Assembly: GCA_016432425.1 (NCBI GenBank)
Contig: CP066688.1
Span: 514,619 to 578,618 of the forward strand
Direction: 5' to 3'
Length of the DNA: 64,000 bases
From: Candidatus Daviesbacteria bacterium
GTDB lineage: Bacteria; Patescibacteriota; Microgenomatia; Daviesbacterales; UBA10151
The first letter of the stretch is position 1. Every line of letters begins with the position of its first letter. Shown piece by piece: positions 44,749 to 53,766 of the stretch. Below the pieces are notes generated by a model. It was not told the origin of the DNA. It made no database searches and saw only the letters and a list, made by a program, of their open reading frames with translations. Both the position numbers and the translations under genes were made by a program.

Positions 44749-45141
44749 ATGAAAAGACATTTAGCTATTTTTAGCAAGGATGTGGGGGAAAAAATTTTAA
44801 CCGGACAAAAAACTATGGAAAGCAGATTCTCCCAAAGTAAAAATGCTCCTTTCCAGCAAATTTCCACTGGAGATTTAGTTTATATAAAACCTTCTGGTAA
44901 AGAAATAATTGGTGAATTTAGAGTAAATAAAGTGATCTTTTTTGACGGTTTAACCCCACAAGATCTTTTAGACATTGAGAAAAGATATGGGGCCGAACTG
45001 GCAGTTGACCAAACCTATTGGGCTAATAAGGCAGCTAGCCGCTACGGCACCTTAATTTGGGTAGGCCAAACCCAACAGTTTTTAACCTCACCGGTGAAGT
45101 TCCCCAAAAAAGACCAGCGTGGTTGGGTGGTTTTAGATTAA
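44749..45141 (+). CDS. ASCH/PUA domain protein
   Basis: EKILTGQKTMESR..GDLVYIK..IIGEF. Confidence 0.78.
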   Translation: MKRHLAIFSKDVGEKILTGQKTMESRFSQSKNAPFQQISTGDLVYIKPSGKEIIGEFRVNKVIFFDGLTPQDLLDIEKRYGAELAVDQTYWANKAASRYGTLIWVGQTQQFLTSPVKFPKKDQRGWVVLD

Positions 45142-45152
45142 GCTTTGGTTAA

Positions 45153-47555
45153 TTAATTGGGATTAATTTGGGCCGAGGGAGTGGAAAAGGTAGAGAAACT
45201 ATCGAAAAAAATGATTTTATCTTGCTCTTTTCTCACTTGGACTAAATTTTTGCCGGGATTTTGGTCAATAACCAAATCACGCCGGCCATCCACCATGGCC
45301 TCTTTAATATTAAACGGACGAAGGAAACGCTTGGGAGACTGGTTATCTACCAACAGATGCATAAGTTTATTCCAGATTGGTGAGGCTCCTGTTACTCCGG
45401 AAGTAAGCTCAGGGTTCATGACAGAGCCATCATTATTGCCTACCCAAACTCCCACCACATAATCCGGGGTGTAGCCAAAAGTCCAGTTATCCTTTTTATT
45501 ATCTGAAGTACCGGTTTTGACCCCGACCTCGTGGCCCGGGATATTTAGCAGGGAACTGGGTCCAAAAGCCGGGGTCCTGGCTGAGTTGTCCGCTAAAATG
45601 TTAGTCACCAGAAAAGCTACTTCCGGTTTAACTGTCTGCTGAGGGTTGTCGGCAAACTGTTCTAAAATATTTCCTTCCCAGTCCAGTACTTTCAAAATTC
45701 CTGTGGGTACTCTCTTGGCACCCATTTGCGAGAGCGTTCCGTAAACAGACATCATGTCAATCATTTTGACTTCTGCTCCTCCCAAAGTGATAGACAGGCC
45801 GTAATTTTGCGGTTGGGTAAAAGTGGTAATACCCAGTTCCCGAGCGGTGTCAATCATTTTATCCATTCCCACGATACCGAGCATTTTTACTGCCGGGATA
45901 TTGTAGGAACTGCCCAAGGCCACCCGGATGGAAACCGGGCCATGGAATTTTCCGTCATAATTAACAGGAGAGTAACGACCCCCGGGAGTTCTAAAAGTTA
46001 CCGGGGTATCTAAGATGGTATTGCCGGGGCTGAATCCTTGATTAAAGGCAGCCAGATAGGTAACTACTTTAATAGAGGAGCCGGGTTGGCGCAGAGCCAG
46101 GGTAGTATTATAGTTGCCAAAATTCGGCCAGTCATAACCCCGGGCCCCCACCATCGCCAAAATCTGGCCGGTTTTAGCATCAGTGATCATGGCTGCCCCA
46201 TTGTGGACATTAAGGGCGGCTAAATTATTAATCTCATCCGAGACAATTTTTTCTGTCTTTAATTGTAAACTTAAATCCAGGGTAGTGTAAATTTTTAAAC
46301 CTCCCTGAGAAACTACCCGGGAGCCATATTTTTGGCTTAAAACATCTTTTATATACATCACAAAATGGCCGGCTTTAATATTATTGGTAGGAGGGATAAT
46401 ATTTAAAGTTTCTTTTTCCGCCTCCTCTTGCTGTTTTTTAGTAATATAGCCTTGAGATTGCATCTCCTTAAGGACCATTTTTTGGCGGTTTAGGCTTAAA
46501 TCTGGGCGAGTGCCATAGGGAGAAAATTGGGTCGGGGAAGCTGGCAGGCCGGCTAAGAAAGCAGCTTCAGCTAAGGTTAAATCTTTGGCAGACTTGCCAA
46601 AATAAGTTTGGGCAGCTGCTTCAATACCCCAGGCCGGTCCGCCATAAGGAGCTTCATTCAAATACATTTGTAAAATTTGCTCTTTAGAATAAATCCGTTC
46701 TGCCCATAAGGCCAAGATAATCTCTTTAGTTTTACGGGAAAAAGTTTTTTCCGGCGTAAGCAGAGTATTTTTAATCAATTGTTGGGTTAAGGTAGAGGCG
46801 CCTTCTAAATTTTCATTGCCCAAGTTATGGATCATCGCCCGCAAAATACCAAGGGGGTCGATACCGGGGTGATGGTAAAAATTTTTATCTTCAATGGCGA
46901 TGGTGGATTGGGCCACAAAGTTAGGCAAGTCTTTTAAGGTTACTAAAGTGCGGTTTTGGCCTTCATAAATCCGATAAAGCAGGATACCATTGCGGTCATA
47001 AAACTCAGTGGTTAAAGGTTTACTGGCAGTAGTCAGGCGGGAAGGGTTGGGCAGGGTGTAGGCTAAACTAAAAGTCAAAGAAGTGTAGGAAAAAAAGATT
47101 AACATTAAAATAGTGAACAAAATGGCTACCCTAACTTTGCGAGGAATCCTTTTATAACGGCTTTTTATCTTCTTAATTAATAATGAAATGGTAAGAGGAT
47201 GGCGGGGACGGCCCCGGCCGCGCTGAGGCTTTGACAAGTTTTGTAATGGCAACAAAATGAACGATCGCATAATTTGTATCCAAGCAAATTTAAGTCTTTT
47301 CTTTTTCACTGTCACTTTGGCTGGTTTTTTCTTGAAGTGAGGTTTAGTTTTTTGGGCAGGTAAGTTAATAGAGGGAAGTTTATTTGGCAGGGTAGCTATT
47401 TGTTTGACAGTCCAGGTGAGGGTAGTTGCTAGTGATTCCAGAAACAAGATTGAGAGCTTGCCAATAGTAATGAGCGCTACTTCAATAAGGAGCAGAGTAA
47501 TTTTTGTGACCTTAGCTATATTCAAATGAGTTGCCTGTTTTGACCGACGTACCAT
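45153..47555 (-). CDS. Class A penicillin-binding protein (transglycosylase + transpeptidase)
   Basis: EDKNFYHH, GASTLTQQL, RKTKE, QPGSSIK, SYN, KTGT; start uncertain (47555 chosen). Confidence 0.92.
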   Translation of the reverse strand: MVRRSKQATHLNIAKVTKITLLLIEVALITIGKLSILFLESLATTLTWTVKQIATLPNKLPSINLPAQKTKPHFKKKPAKVTVKKKRLKFAWIQIMRSFILLPLQNLSKPQRGRGRPRHPLTISLLIKKIKSRYKRIPRKVRVAILFTILMLIFFSYTSLTFSLAYTLPNPSRLTTASKPLTTEFYDRNGILLYRIYEGQNRTLVTLKDLPNFVAQSTIAIEDKNFYHHPGIDPLGILRAMIHNLGNENLEGASTLTQQLIKNTLLTPEKTFSRKTKEIILALWAERIYSKEQILQMYLNEAPYGGPAWGIEAAAQTYFGKSAKDLTLAEAAFLAGLPASPTQFSPYGTRPDLSLNRQKMVLKEMQSQGYITKKQQEEAEKETLNIIPPTNNIKAGHFVMYIKDVLSQKYGSRVVSQGGLKIYTTLDLSLQLKTEKIVSDEINNLAALNVHNGAAMITDAKTGQILAMVGARGYDWPNFGNYNTTLALRQPGSSIKVVTYLAAFNQGFSPGNTILDTPVTFRTPGGRYSPVNYDGKFHGPVSIRVALGSSYNIPAVKMLGIVGMDKMIDTARELGITTFTQPQNYGLSITLGGAEVKMIDMMSVYGTLSQMGAKRVPTGILKVLDWEGNILEQFADNPQQTVKPEVAFLVTNILADNSARTPAFGPSSLLNIPGHEVGVKTGTSDNKKDNWTFGYTPDYVVGVWVGNNDGSVMNPELTSGVTGASPIWNKLMHLLVDNQSPKRFLRPFNIKEAMVDGRRDLVIDQNPGKNLVQVRKEQDKIIFFDSFSTFSTPSAQINPN

Positions 47556-47643
47556 ATCCCAGAGTAGAGTAACTTTCAAGGGCATTCTAATAAATTTAAG
47601 GAACAGCGACAAGATGGCAATTATATTTGACCTGGGGAAGAAT

Positions 47644-47672
47644 TTGACAAATTAAGTCCCATAGTATATAAT
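47644..47672 (+). promoter_or_regulatory. Consensus sigma70 promoter
   Basis: TTGACA-17 bp-TATAAT, 9 bp before the ATG at 47682. Confidence 0.8.
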
Positions 47673-47681
47673 TTATCTAAT

Positions 47682-48242
47682 ATGTTTTTTATTGAAGAAG
47701 AACTTCGTCGTGTAGGAAGTTTTGGTTCCGAGGGAAGGAGACTTCCTCCTACAAGCTGGGCTATAAGAGCGGCATTGCTTTTAGGCGGCACCGGGCTTTT
47801 GATGTTTGGTTTAGCTGATGTGTGTAACTCCAAACTAGAGGATCATATTAATTCTTGGCAGACAGGTATGGCTCAAAGATTAGCCAATGACCCCGAACAT
47901 AATTTATTAGCAGGAGAGAAATTTTATGATAGGGTTAGGGTAATTTTCCCTACCCTGGGTGCAAATGAAACTCCTTTTAAAAAAAGAATCAATGTTAGAG
48001 TTTTGCCTAGTACACACTTTGGAGTGCCATTACCTCTAATTGAAGGTGATAATTTTACCATCTGGGATACCCCTGTTGTGGGAACTGTAGATGAGGGATC
48101 AGTTGTAAATATGGTAGTAATGGGTAAAGGATGGGGTGTGGCATATTGTACAGACTTCCAGGGGTTGGTGCCAACAAATTCAGGAAAACCCTCTCCTGAG
48201 GTTTGTGCGATTAATGACGAGTATATAATGGCTGTTAAGTAA
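47682..48242 (+). CDS. Membrane-anchored hypothetical protein, possible SH3-like C-terminus
   Basis: TM; INVRVLPST..VVGTVDEG..GWG; strong promoter upstream. Confidence 0.6.
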   Translation: MFFIEEELRRVGSFGSEGRRLPPTSWAIRAALLLGGTGLLMFGLADVCNSKLEDHINSWQTGMAQRLANDPEHNLLAGEKFYDRVRVIFPTLGANETPFKKRINVRVLPSTHFGVPLPLIEGDNFTIWDTPVVGTVDEGSVVNMVVMGKGWGVAYCTDFQGLVPTNSGKPSPEVCAINDEYIMAVK

Positions 48243-49307
48243 TTAAATCTTACTCCTAAAAAGAGCCTTGGCTTTTTCCAAATATTCCGGATGGCCTGCT
48301 TTAGCCATAAAATACCACCATTCCACTCCCCACAGGTAGGCGCTGTCAAAGCCGGTTTTCTCCGCAAATTCAATATTATCCTGCAAATCTTTAAGATTAA
48401 AAATTTTCGTTTGTTCCTCAATGGGGGTTTGAGTGACTCCTTTAAATAACCAGGGTTCAGCCTGGAGTTCGACAATAATGGTTTTTTTGTTTTGGGGAGC
48501 AAATAAATTTCTGACTAAAGCTGACTTGAGGGAATAAAAGATGGGCGGAAAGGGATAGGTAAAATCAAAATTAAAAGGGGTTTTAACTCTTCGATATAAG
48601 GTGGTGCCGAAAATATCAGATAATTTCATCGCTGTCACCCATGGCCTTAGTTCCCCGGAATCAGACAAAATAATGGGTTTTTGGCTGTAAGAGCGGACTA
48701 AGTCAACTTCTTTTTTAATAAATTCCCGGGAATCTAACTGACAGTTGCCAAAAGGTAACAGCGGTTCGTTTTCAATTTGAAAGGCGGCAATATTAGTAAA
48801 ACTCCGGTAATGCTTGACCGCCTCTTCTAACATGATGAGCTGGCGGCTTTGTCTTAAAGAGTTATTTTGGCTGTCCAGCCAGCCAGGGTAGTAACATTCC
48901 GGCCAGCGGGGAATTTTGTGGCCCAATACTAAGATAACTTGGGCCTGGTATTTGGCAGCTTGATTAATATAATAATCCAAATCTTCAAAATAAAATGGTT
49001 TCCCCTGAGCGCCTGCGGTGAGCGAACCTGTACTGAGTGTAACCGAAGTAGTCGAACTGGAGTCGAAGGGTTCAATTTCATCCCAATAAGCACTTAAACG
49101 GATATTTTTTACTTTGAAATTAGCTAAGATATCCTCAAAAGTGGCTGGGGGATCAAGATTTAGTTCTTTGGCATAGCGGGGGGAGAAAGATAGCCCCCAG
49201 GTAAGATCTTTTTTGACAGGAATGAAAACAGAGTAGGCAGTGCCCAGTAAATATAAACCCACCAGTAATAAGATTAAAGTCAAACTTAAGTTTAAAAGTA
49301 ATTTCAT
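48243..49307 (-). CDS. Glycoside hydrolase (clan GH-A TIM barrel, GH42/GH5-like), membrane-anchored
   Basis: IRLSAYWDEIEP, KIPRWPEC, FQIENEP, ELQAEPW; in-frame repeat insert. Confidence 0.75.
   Translation of the reverse strand: MKLLLNLSLTLILLLVGLYLLGTAYSVFIPVKKDLTWGLSFSPRYAKELNLDPPATFEDILANFKVKNIRLSAYWDEIEPFDSSSTTSVTLSTGSLTAGAQGKPFYFEDLDYYINQAAKYQAQVILVLGHKIPRWPECYYPGWLDSQNNSLRQSRQLIMLEEAVKHYRSFTNIAAFQIENEPLLPFGNCQLDSREFIKKEVDLVRSYSQKPIILSDSGELRPWVTAMKLSDIFGTTLYRRVKTPFNFDFTYPFPPIFYSLKSALVRNLFAPQNKKTIIVELQAEPWLFKGVTQTPIEEQTKIFNLKDLQDNIEFAEKTGFDSAYLWGVEWWYFMAKAGHPEYLEKAKALFRSKI
49003..49070. mobile_element. Three-level nested REP-like element, in frame in the glycoside hydrolase
   Basis: CCCTGAGCG[CCTGCGGTGAGCG[AACCTGTACTGAGTGTAACCGAAGT]AGTCGAACT]GGAGTCGAAGGG. 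Confidence 0.72.
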
Positions 49308-49332
49308 AACGTAGTTAGAAGGTTCCCTTCAT
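49308..49332 (-). repeat. 25-bp MKGTF-stop element
   Basis: ATGAAGGGAACCTTCTAACTACGTT then ATG; its ATGA overlaps the stop of the EamA gene. Confidence 0.75.
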
Positions 49333-50237
49333 TTGACAATTAAATACAATCCCGCACTTAAAATAATGACCCCTAACATTTTTTGTAAAATAACTCCTTT
49401 GGTGAGTCTTTCATCCAATAGAGTGGGGTGTTTTTGGTACAAAATTAGGGCTGCCACCATAATGACTAAATACTGAACTCCAAACAGGGAATTAACCAAG
49501 GCGGGGTTAGTCAGTGAGGTGGCAAAGGATAAAAGGAGTCCTTGCAGTGCCCCCATACTTTGGCCAAGGATCAACCAAAAAACCGTCAGTTTAGTTAAAT
49601 GATATTGATGTTGAGTAAATGTTTTACTCAACTCTCTTCTGACTTGAGGAAGTATCAGCCAGCTAAGAGCAAAAAAAGCTGAGCCTAAATTTTTATTGAC
49701 CAAAGTAGTCACAAAATTAACTTGTAAAAAAGATTGACGCAGCAGCACATAGGATATGCCAAAGAAAAGTCCTGCCCCCATCATCCAGATAATATTGGGG
49801 GTAAAAATATACCTGGTCCGTTGTCTTTGCAGGCTGACCACTAAAGCTCCTAAAACCAAAATGCCGACTGCGGCAGTTTGGGTAAGGGTGAGATTTTGCC
49901 CAATAAGTGTGCCTATTAGGAGGGCAAACAAAGGATTTAGGCCTCCGACCACGGGACCTACAATAGAGGCTTCATTTTTGGACAAACTGACAAAAAAGGC
50001 CAGCAGGCCGATAGTAAAGGTAACTCCCGAAGTTACTGCCAGCATTAGGGTATTATCAATGGTGGGGAGATAACCAAAAGGGATAAACACCACAATCAAA
50101 AATGACAAAATACTAATGGTAAAAGCATAGGCTAGGGGCTGCGGAATAGCTTTTTTTAAAAGGATTTTATCAATTAAAATTGACCCGGCATTAAAAGCAT
50201 AAGCTAAAATTGAGATGGGTAGAAAGGAGATCATCAA
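49329..50237 (-). CDS. EamA/DMT family transporter
   Basis: About ten TM helices in two similar halves. Confidence 0.75.
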   Translation of the reverse strand: MMISFLPISILAYAFNAGSILIDKILLKKAIPQPLAYAFTISILSFLIVVFIPFGYLPTIDNTLMLAVTSGVTFTIGLLAFFVSLSKNEASIVGPVVGGLNPLFALLIGTLIGQNLTLTQTAAVGILVLGALVVSLQRQRTRYIFTPNIIWMMGAGLFFGISYVLLRQSFLQVNFVTTLVNKNLGSAFFALSWLILPQVRRELSKTFTQHQYHLTKLTVFWLILGQSMGALQGLLLSFATSLTNPALVNSLFGVQYLVIMVAALILYQKHPTLLDERLTKGVILQKMLGVIILSAGLYLIVK

Positions 50238-51541
50238 TGGTCCTTTTTCATAATATCTTTGAGCTCCGCTTCTACATCAATGCCGTGGCCCAGTAATTTT
50301 AATAATTTATGCTCAATCCCGTTATGTTTAATAATTTCCGCATACACTTTTGAAGAGGGTCGGGGAGTCCTTTTTTGGGTGGCAAAATCTACTTCCACCA
50401 GTCCAAACCGGGGTACGAAGCCGTCCGCCCATTCAAAATTATCAATCAAGCTCCAATGGAAATAACCCCTCACATCAGCCCCAGTTTGAATGGCATGGTA
50501 AATTTCTTTTAAATAAGAAATCAAAAAACGGACCCGCCGGTCATCATTGGTGGAAGCCAGGCCGTTTTCTGTAATATAAATGGGTTTGTGGTAATCAGAA
50601 AAGTCCATTAGCACATCAAAAATTCCTTCCGGATAAACTTCCCAACCCAAATCAGAAGTGTCTTTTTTGGTAGTGGCAATATCCACAAAAGAAGGAAAAC
50701 GGGAGTGAGTGTTAAAGCTCAAATATTGATTAAAATAATAATTTAACCCCAAGAAATCGTGAGTCTGTATGCCTGTCATCTGATAAAACAGGTGGTTGTT
50801 GATAATATCCAAAGCCCAGACGCCGATTTCTTCCCGCAATGAATGGTGATGGAAAGCATCAAAAGAGGAAACATTGTTGGCAATACCTACTTTAGCATTG
50901 GGAACAAGTTGGTGAATTGCCTTGTAGGCTTTTTTGTGGGCCCTGGCTAAATTCCAATAAACCCTGATTCCGGTGGGGAAACTCTTTTTTTGAGGAGGCC
51001 AAACCCCAATTAAGTAGCCCTGGAACATTAATACCCCTGGTTCATTAATAGTGATCCATAAATCTACATAGTCTTTTAATTCCGGTACTACCTTTTTGAC
51101 AAAGCGCTCGAATCTTTTTGGTGCCCCAAAACTTTCCCAGCCGCCTTTTTTGGCAAACCAGGCCGGGTTGGTAAAATGATGCAGAGTGAGCATGACTGTA
51201 AAACCCTGATCTTTTAAGGATTTAAGAACTTGTTTGTAGTGATCAATTTCGTTTTGGTTAAATTGGTCTTCCTCTGGTTCAATCCTGGCCCACTCCAGAG
51301 AGAGCCGGTGAGCATTATGGTTTAAGTCCTTAGCTAAAGCAAAATCTTCTGCATAACGATTATATTGGTCACAGGCTTGCCCTGAGCGTAAGTCGAAGGG
51401 TTGGTGATTTACTTCCCACTGCCACCAGTCACTGTACATGTTATTCCCTTCCACTTGGTAGCTGGAGGTAGCTGCTCCCCACAGAAAGCCTTGGGGAAAT
51501 TCTAATTGGGCATGGTCGTGTTTAGGCTCCGGAGTATCCAT
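50234..51541 (-). CDS. Glycoside hydrolase family 1 (beta-glucosidase-like)
   Basis: FPQGFLWGAATSSYQVEG, TINEP, IYITENG, WSLIDNFEW. Confidence 0.95.
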   Translation of the reverse strand: MDTPEPKHDHAQLEFPQGFLWGAATSSYQVEGNNMYSDWWQWEVNHQPFDLRSGQACDQYNRYAEDFALAKDLNHNAHRLSLEWARIEPEEDQFNQNEIDHYKQVLKSLKDQGFTVMLTLHHFTNPAWFAKKGGWESFGAPKRFERFVKKVVPELKDYVDLWITINEPGVLMFQGYLIGVWPPQKKSFPTGIRVYWNLARAHKKAYKAIHQLVPNAKVGIANNVSSFDAFHHHSLREEIGVWALDIINNHLFYQMTGIQTHDFLGLNYYFNQYLSFNTHSRFPSFVDIATTKKDTSDLGWEVYPEGIFDVLMDFSDYHKPIYITENGLASTNDDRRVRFLISYLKEIYHAIQTGADVRGYFHWSLIDNFEWADGFVPRFGLVEVDFATQKRTPRPSSKVYAEIIKHNGIEHKLLKLLGHGIDVEAELKDIMKKDH

Positions 51542-51600
51542 ATCTTCATATTAGGCTAGATTTTGTGCGCTGTAAAGCTTAGAGGTGTTATGATTAAATT

Positions 51601-51625
51601 ATGAAGGGAACCTTCTAGTTTCATT
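51601..51625 (+). repeat. 25-bp MKGTF-stop element
   Basis: ATGAAGGGAACCTTCTAGTTTCATT then ATG at 51626. Confidence 0.75.
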
Positions 51626-52327
51626 ATGAGAAAATTTCTGCCTGTGGGGATTGCCCTGCTGGCTGCTTTAATTTTAGCCGCTTTGACTTTTCGTTTTTTT
51701 CTGGCCCCCAATCAAGAGGAAAATAGTGCCCTTCCACCTGAGAGTAGCCAAACTCCTGCTGTAGAGGAACTGACTCAGCCAGTACCCACATCTACCCCCA
51801 TCTCTGAGATTTCTAACCAAGTAGCTACTCTGTCAGATAAAGTGAACAAAATTGACTCCACGGTTAATGATCTAAAAAGCCGGGTAGTGGTATTGGAATC
51901 AAAGCAAAATACTACCCCAGCTCAAACCAGTACTACCACTACCAACACTCCTACCTCTACCAGTAAAGCCCCGGTGTATATTCCTTTGGCTGCCAGTGGC
52001 AGCAGCTCAGCGGGTGACTGGGCTAATATTTCCGGGACAGTAGCCACTATTGATACTGCTGATTACCCCGGTTATACCAGCATGCAATTTGAGGCGAATA
52101 TTCAAATTTTCCAGCAAGGGACAGCTTTTGCCAGGATGGGTAATAAAACTGATGGGACAGCAGTTTTGAGCTCGGAAATTTACACTACCTCTACCAGTTA
52201 TACTTATATTACTTCCTCTAAATTTACTTTGCCTGCAGGAAAGAAAGATTATCAGCTGCAGTTAAAATCCCTGGTTGCTAACTATGCCGCCTCCATCCAA
52301 AATGCCAGGGTTAAAGTTAATTTCTAG
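51626..52327 (+). CDS. Membrane-anchored hypothetical protein (coiled coil, Thr-rich linker, beta domain)
   Basis: N-terminal TM; heptad segment; ORF track. Confidence 0.7.
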   Translation: MRKFLPVGIALLAALILAALTFRFFLAPNQEENSALPPESSQTPAVEELTQPVPTSTPISEISNQVATLSDKVNKIDSTVNDLKSRVVVLESKQNTTPAQTSTTTTNTPTSTSKAPVYIPLAASGSSSAGDWANISGTVATIDTADYPGYTSMQFEANIQIFQQGTAFARMGNKTDGTAVLSSEIYTTSTSYTYITSSKFTLPAGKKDYQLQLKSLVANYAASIQNARVKVNF

Positions 52328-52568
52328 AAGGGGGATTTATATTAATTATTCTAAGGAAAGTGTCAGGATTTTTACCTGCTTCTCTGATTAGTTCCCTAAA
52401 ACATGCCAGGTGGTAAAAAAAGCCAGGAGTAGATGGGCTTTGTAAGGCTTCTTCGCCAGCCTTAATTAACTTATTTGAACATCCTTCCTTCACGCATTGG
52501 GTATCCCAGGGTAGAGAAACCACAATTGTTTCTATAAATCTAGGCTGATCTTCTGCTCTCTCTGGCAT
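52317..52568 (-). CDS. Small hypothetical protein with possible Zn finger
   Basis: From MPERAEDQ, just after tRNA-Trp; CxxxxC...HxxC. Confidence 0.45.
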   Translation of the reverse strand: MPERAEDQPRFIETIVVSLPWDTQCVKEGCSNKLIKAGEEALQSPSTPGFFYHLACFRELIREAGKNPDTFLRIININPPSRN

Positions 52569-52576
52569 ATTAACTG

Positions 52577-52649
52577 CAGGGGCGGGAGGGGTCGAACCTC
52601 CGACCGCTCGTTTTGGAGACGAGTGCTCTACCAACTGAGCTACACCCCT
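52577..52649 (-). tRNA. tRNA-Trp(CCA)
   Basis: AGGGGTG...CGCCCCTG; anticodon arm CTCGT-CTCCAAA-ACGAG. Confidence 0.95.
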
Positions 52650-52692
52650 AAGTTTCCTAATTGTACCCAAAACTTGTCAGTAACACAATGAT

Positions 52693-52726
52693 AGACAAAT
52701 ATATAACGGCCGTGGTATAAATGTCT
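52693..52726. promoter_or_regulatory. Upstream 34-bp ACGGCCGT palindrome overlapping a putative promoter
   Basis: AGACAAATATATA ACGGCCGT GGTATAAATGTCT; TAGACA-18-TATAAA. Confidence 0.72.
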
Positions 52727-52745
52727 TAAGATAGCAAAAAAATGT

Positions 52746-53264
52746 ATGGGTAAATTACCTGATAGTAAGAAGAAAAAAGTTACAAACTTTATCCTGTTGG
52801 CACTTGAGAAATCTATTGATGGGTATGTTAGATATGACGACCTAATTCATAAACCAAAATATTATGCCTGGGGAAGTAGTTGGGATTATCCATTAAAGAA
52901 AGTTTCTTTGGCAAAAGCACTGCAAAGGCTGCGAAAAGGAGGTTTCATTGAATTGATTGATGATAAGGAGTTAATGCTTAGGTTAACAGATAAGGGTAAA
53001 GAAAAAGCTATTTTGGCGCAGCTACAGTATTCTGAGAAAAAATGGGATGGTAAATATAGAATAGTGATTTTTGATATTCCGGAAAAAAGACGGGCAGCCA
53101 GGGATTTATTGAGACATAATCTTAAAAGTTGGGGATTTACTCCTTGGCAGCAAAGTGTTTGGGTGACAAAGAAAAATTGTACAAAACTTTTAAGGAAATA
53201 TATTGAGAATATTGGAATTGAGGATTGGGTATTGGTAATAGAGTCAGATAATATCGGCCGCTAG
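52746..53264 (+). CDS. PaaX-like protein (wHTH + Cas2/VapD-like domain), paralog 2
   Basis: Same length (172 aa) and shared ILLALEK..DGYVRYDDLIH.P..YAWGS.WD, WDGK.RIVIFDIPE, QxSV motifs with 21813..22331. Confidence 0.85.
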   Translation: MGKLPDSKKKKVTNFILLALEKSIDGYVRYDDLIHKPKYYAWGSSWDYPLKKVSLAKALQRLRKGGFIELIDDKELMLRLTDKGKEKAILAQLQYSEKKWDGKYRIVIFDIPEKRRAARDLLRHNLKSWGFTPWQQSVWVTKKNCTKLLRKYIENIGIEDWVLVIESDNIGR

Positions 53265-53296
53265 ACAAATGTTGTACGGCCGTGTAATATTTGTCT
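53263..53296. promoter_or_regulatory. Downstream 34-bp ACGGCCGT palindrome overlapping the stop of paralog 2
   Basis: AGACAAATGTTGT ACGGCCGT GTAATATTTGTCT; all 13 arm positions pair if G-T is allowed. Confidence 0.78.
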
Positions 53297-53356
53297 CAAA
53301 GAAATTGTTTTGCAACAAGCTAATCAGGGAAAAACTACCCTGCCAGTTTCATTGGG

Positions 53357-53428
53357 AGCCGAAGACGGGAATCGGACCCGTGACCTCGTTCTTACCAAGA
53401 ACGCGCTCTACCACTGAGCCACTTCGGC
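53357..53428 (-). tRNA. tRNA-Thr(GGT)
   Basis: GCCGAAG...CTTCGGCT; anticodon arm CGTTC-TTGGTAA-GAACG. Confidence 0.93.
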
Positions 53429-53434
53429 ACTTTG

Positions 53435-53505
53435 AGCCTCCTGACAGAATCGAACTGTCGTCGACGGTTTACAAAACCGCTGCTTTGCCACTAAGCTAAG
53501 GAGGC
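53435..53505 (-). tRNA. tRNA-Thr(TGT)
   Basis: GCCTCCT...AGGAGGCT; anticodon arm GCGGT-TTTGTAA-ACCGT. Confidence 0.92.
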
Positions 53506-53571
53506 AATTGATAAATTAGATTATATCAGCTTAATTGACATAAGCAAAACTGATTAGATATAATCAATGCC

Positions 53572-53745
53572 ATGGCTAAAAAAGGTAATCGACAATTAAT
53601 AGGACTAATTTGCTCTGTTTGCAAAAACAGAAACTATACCAGTTCTAAAAATGTCATTAATATTAAAGACAAAATTACTTTGCAGAAATTTTGTACTCAT
53701 TGTAAAAAATACAACCAACACACTGAGATTTCTAAACTACACTAA
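53572..53745 (+). CDS. rpmG: 50S ribosomal protein L33 (Zn-binding C+ form; below the ORF-track cutoff)
   Basis: MAKKGNRQLIGLICSVCKNRNYTSSKN..LQKFCTHCKKYNQHTE. Confidence 0.92.
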   Translation: MAKKGNRQLIGLICSVCKNRNYTSSKNVINIKDKITLQKFCTHCKKYNQHTEISKLH

Positions 53746-53766
53746 AATTTTTGTTATACTGTAGGG

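Noticed and set aside
52569-52670. 5' part of ORF 52317..52670 (and likewise ORF 53269..53499)
   Set aside because: These overlap tRNA genes and are translation artefacts
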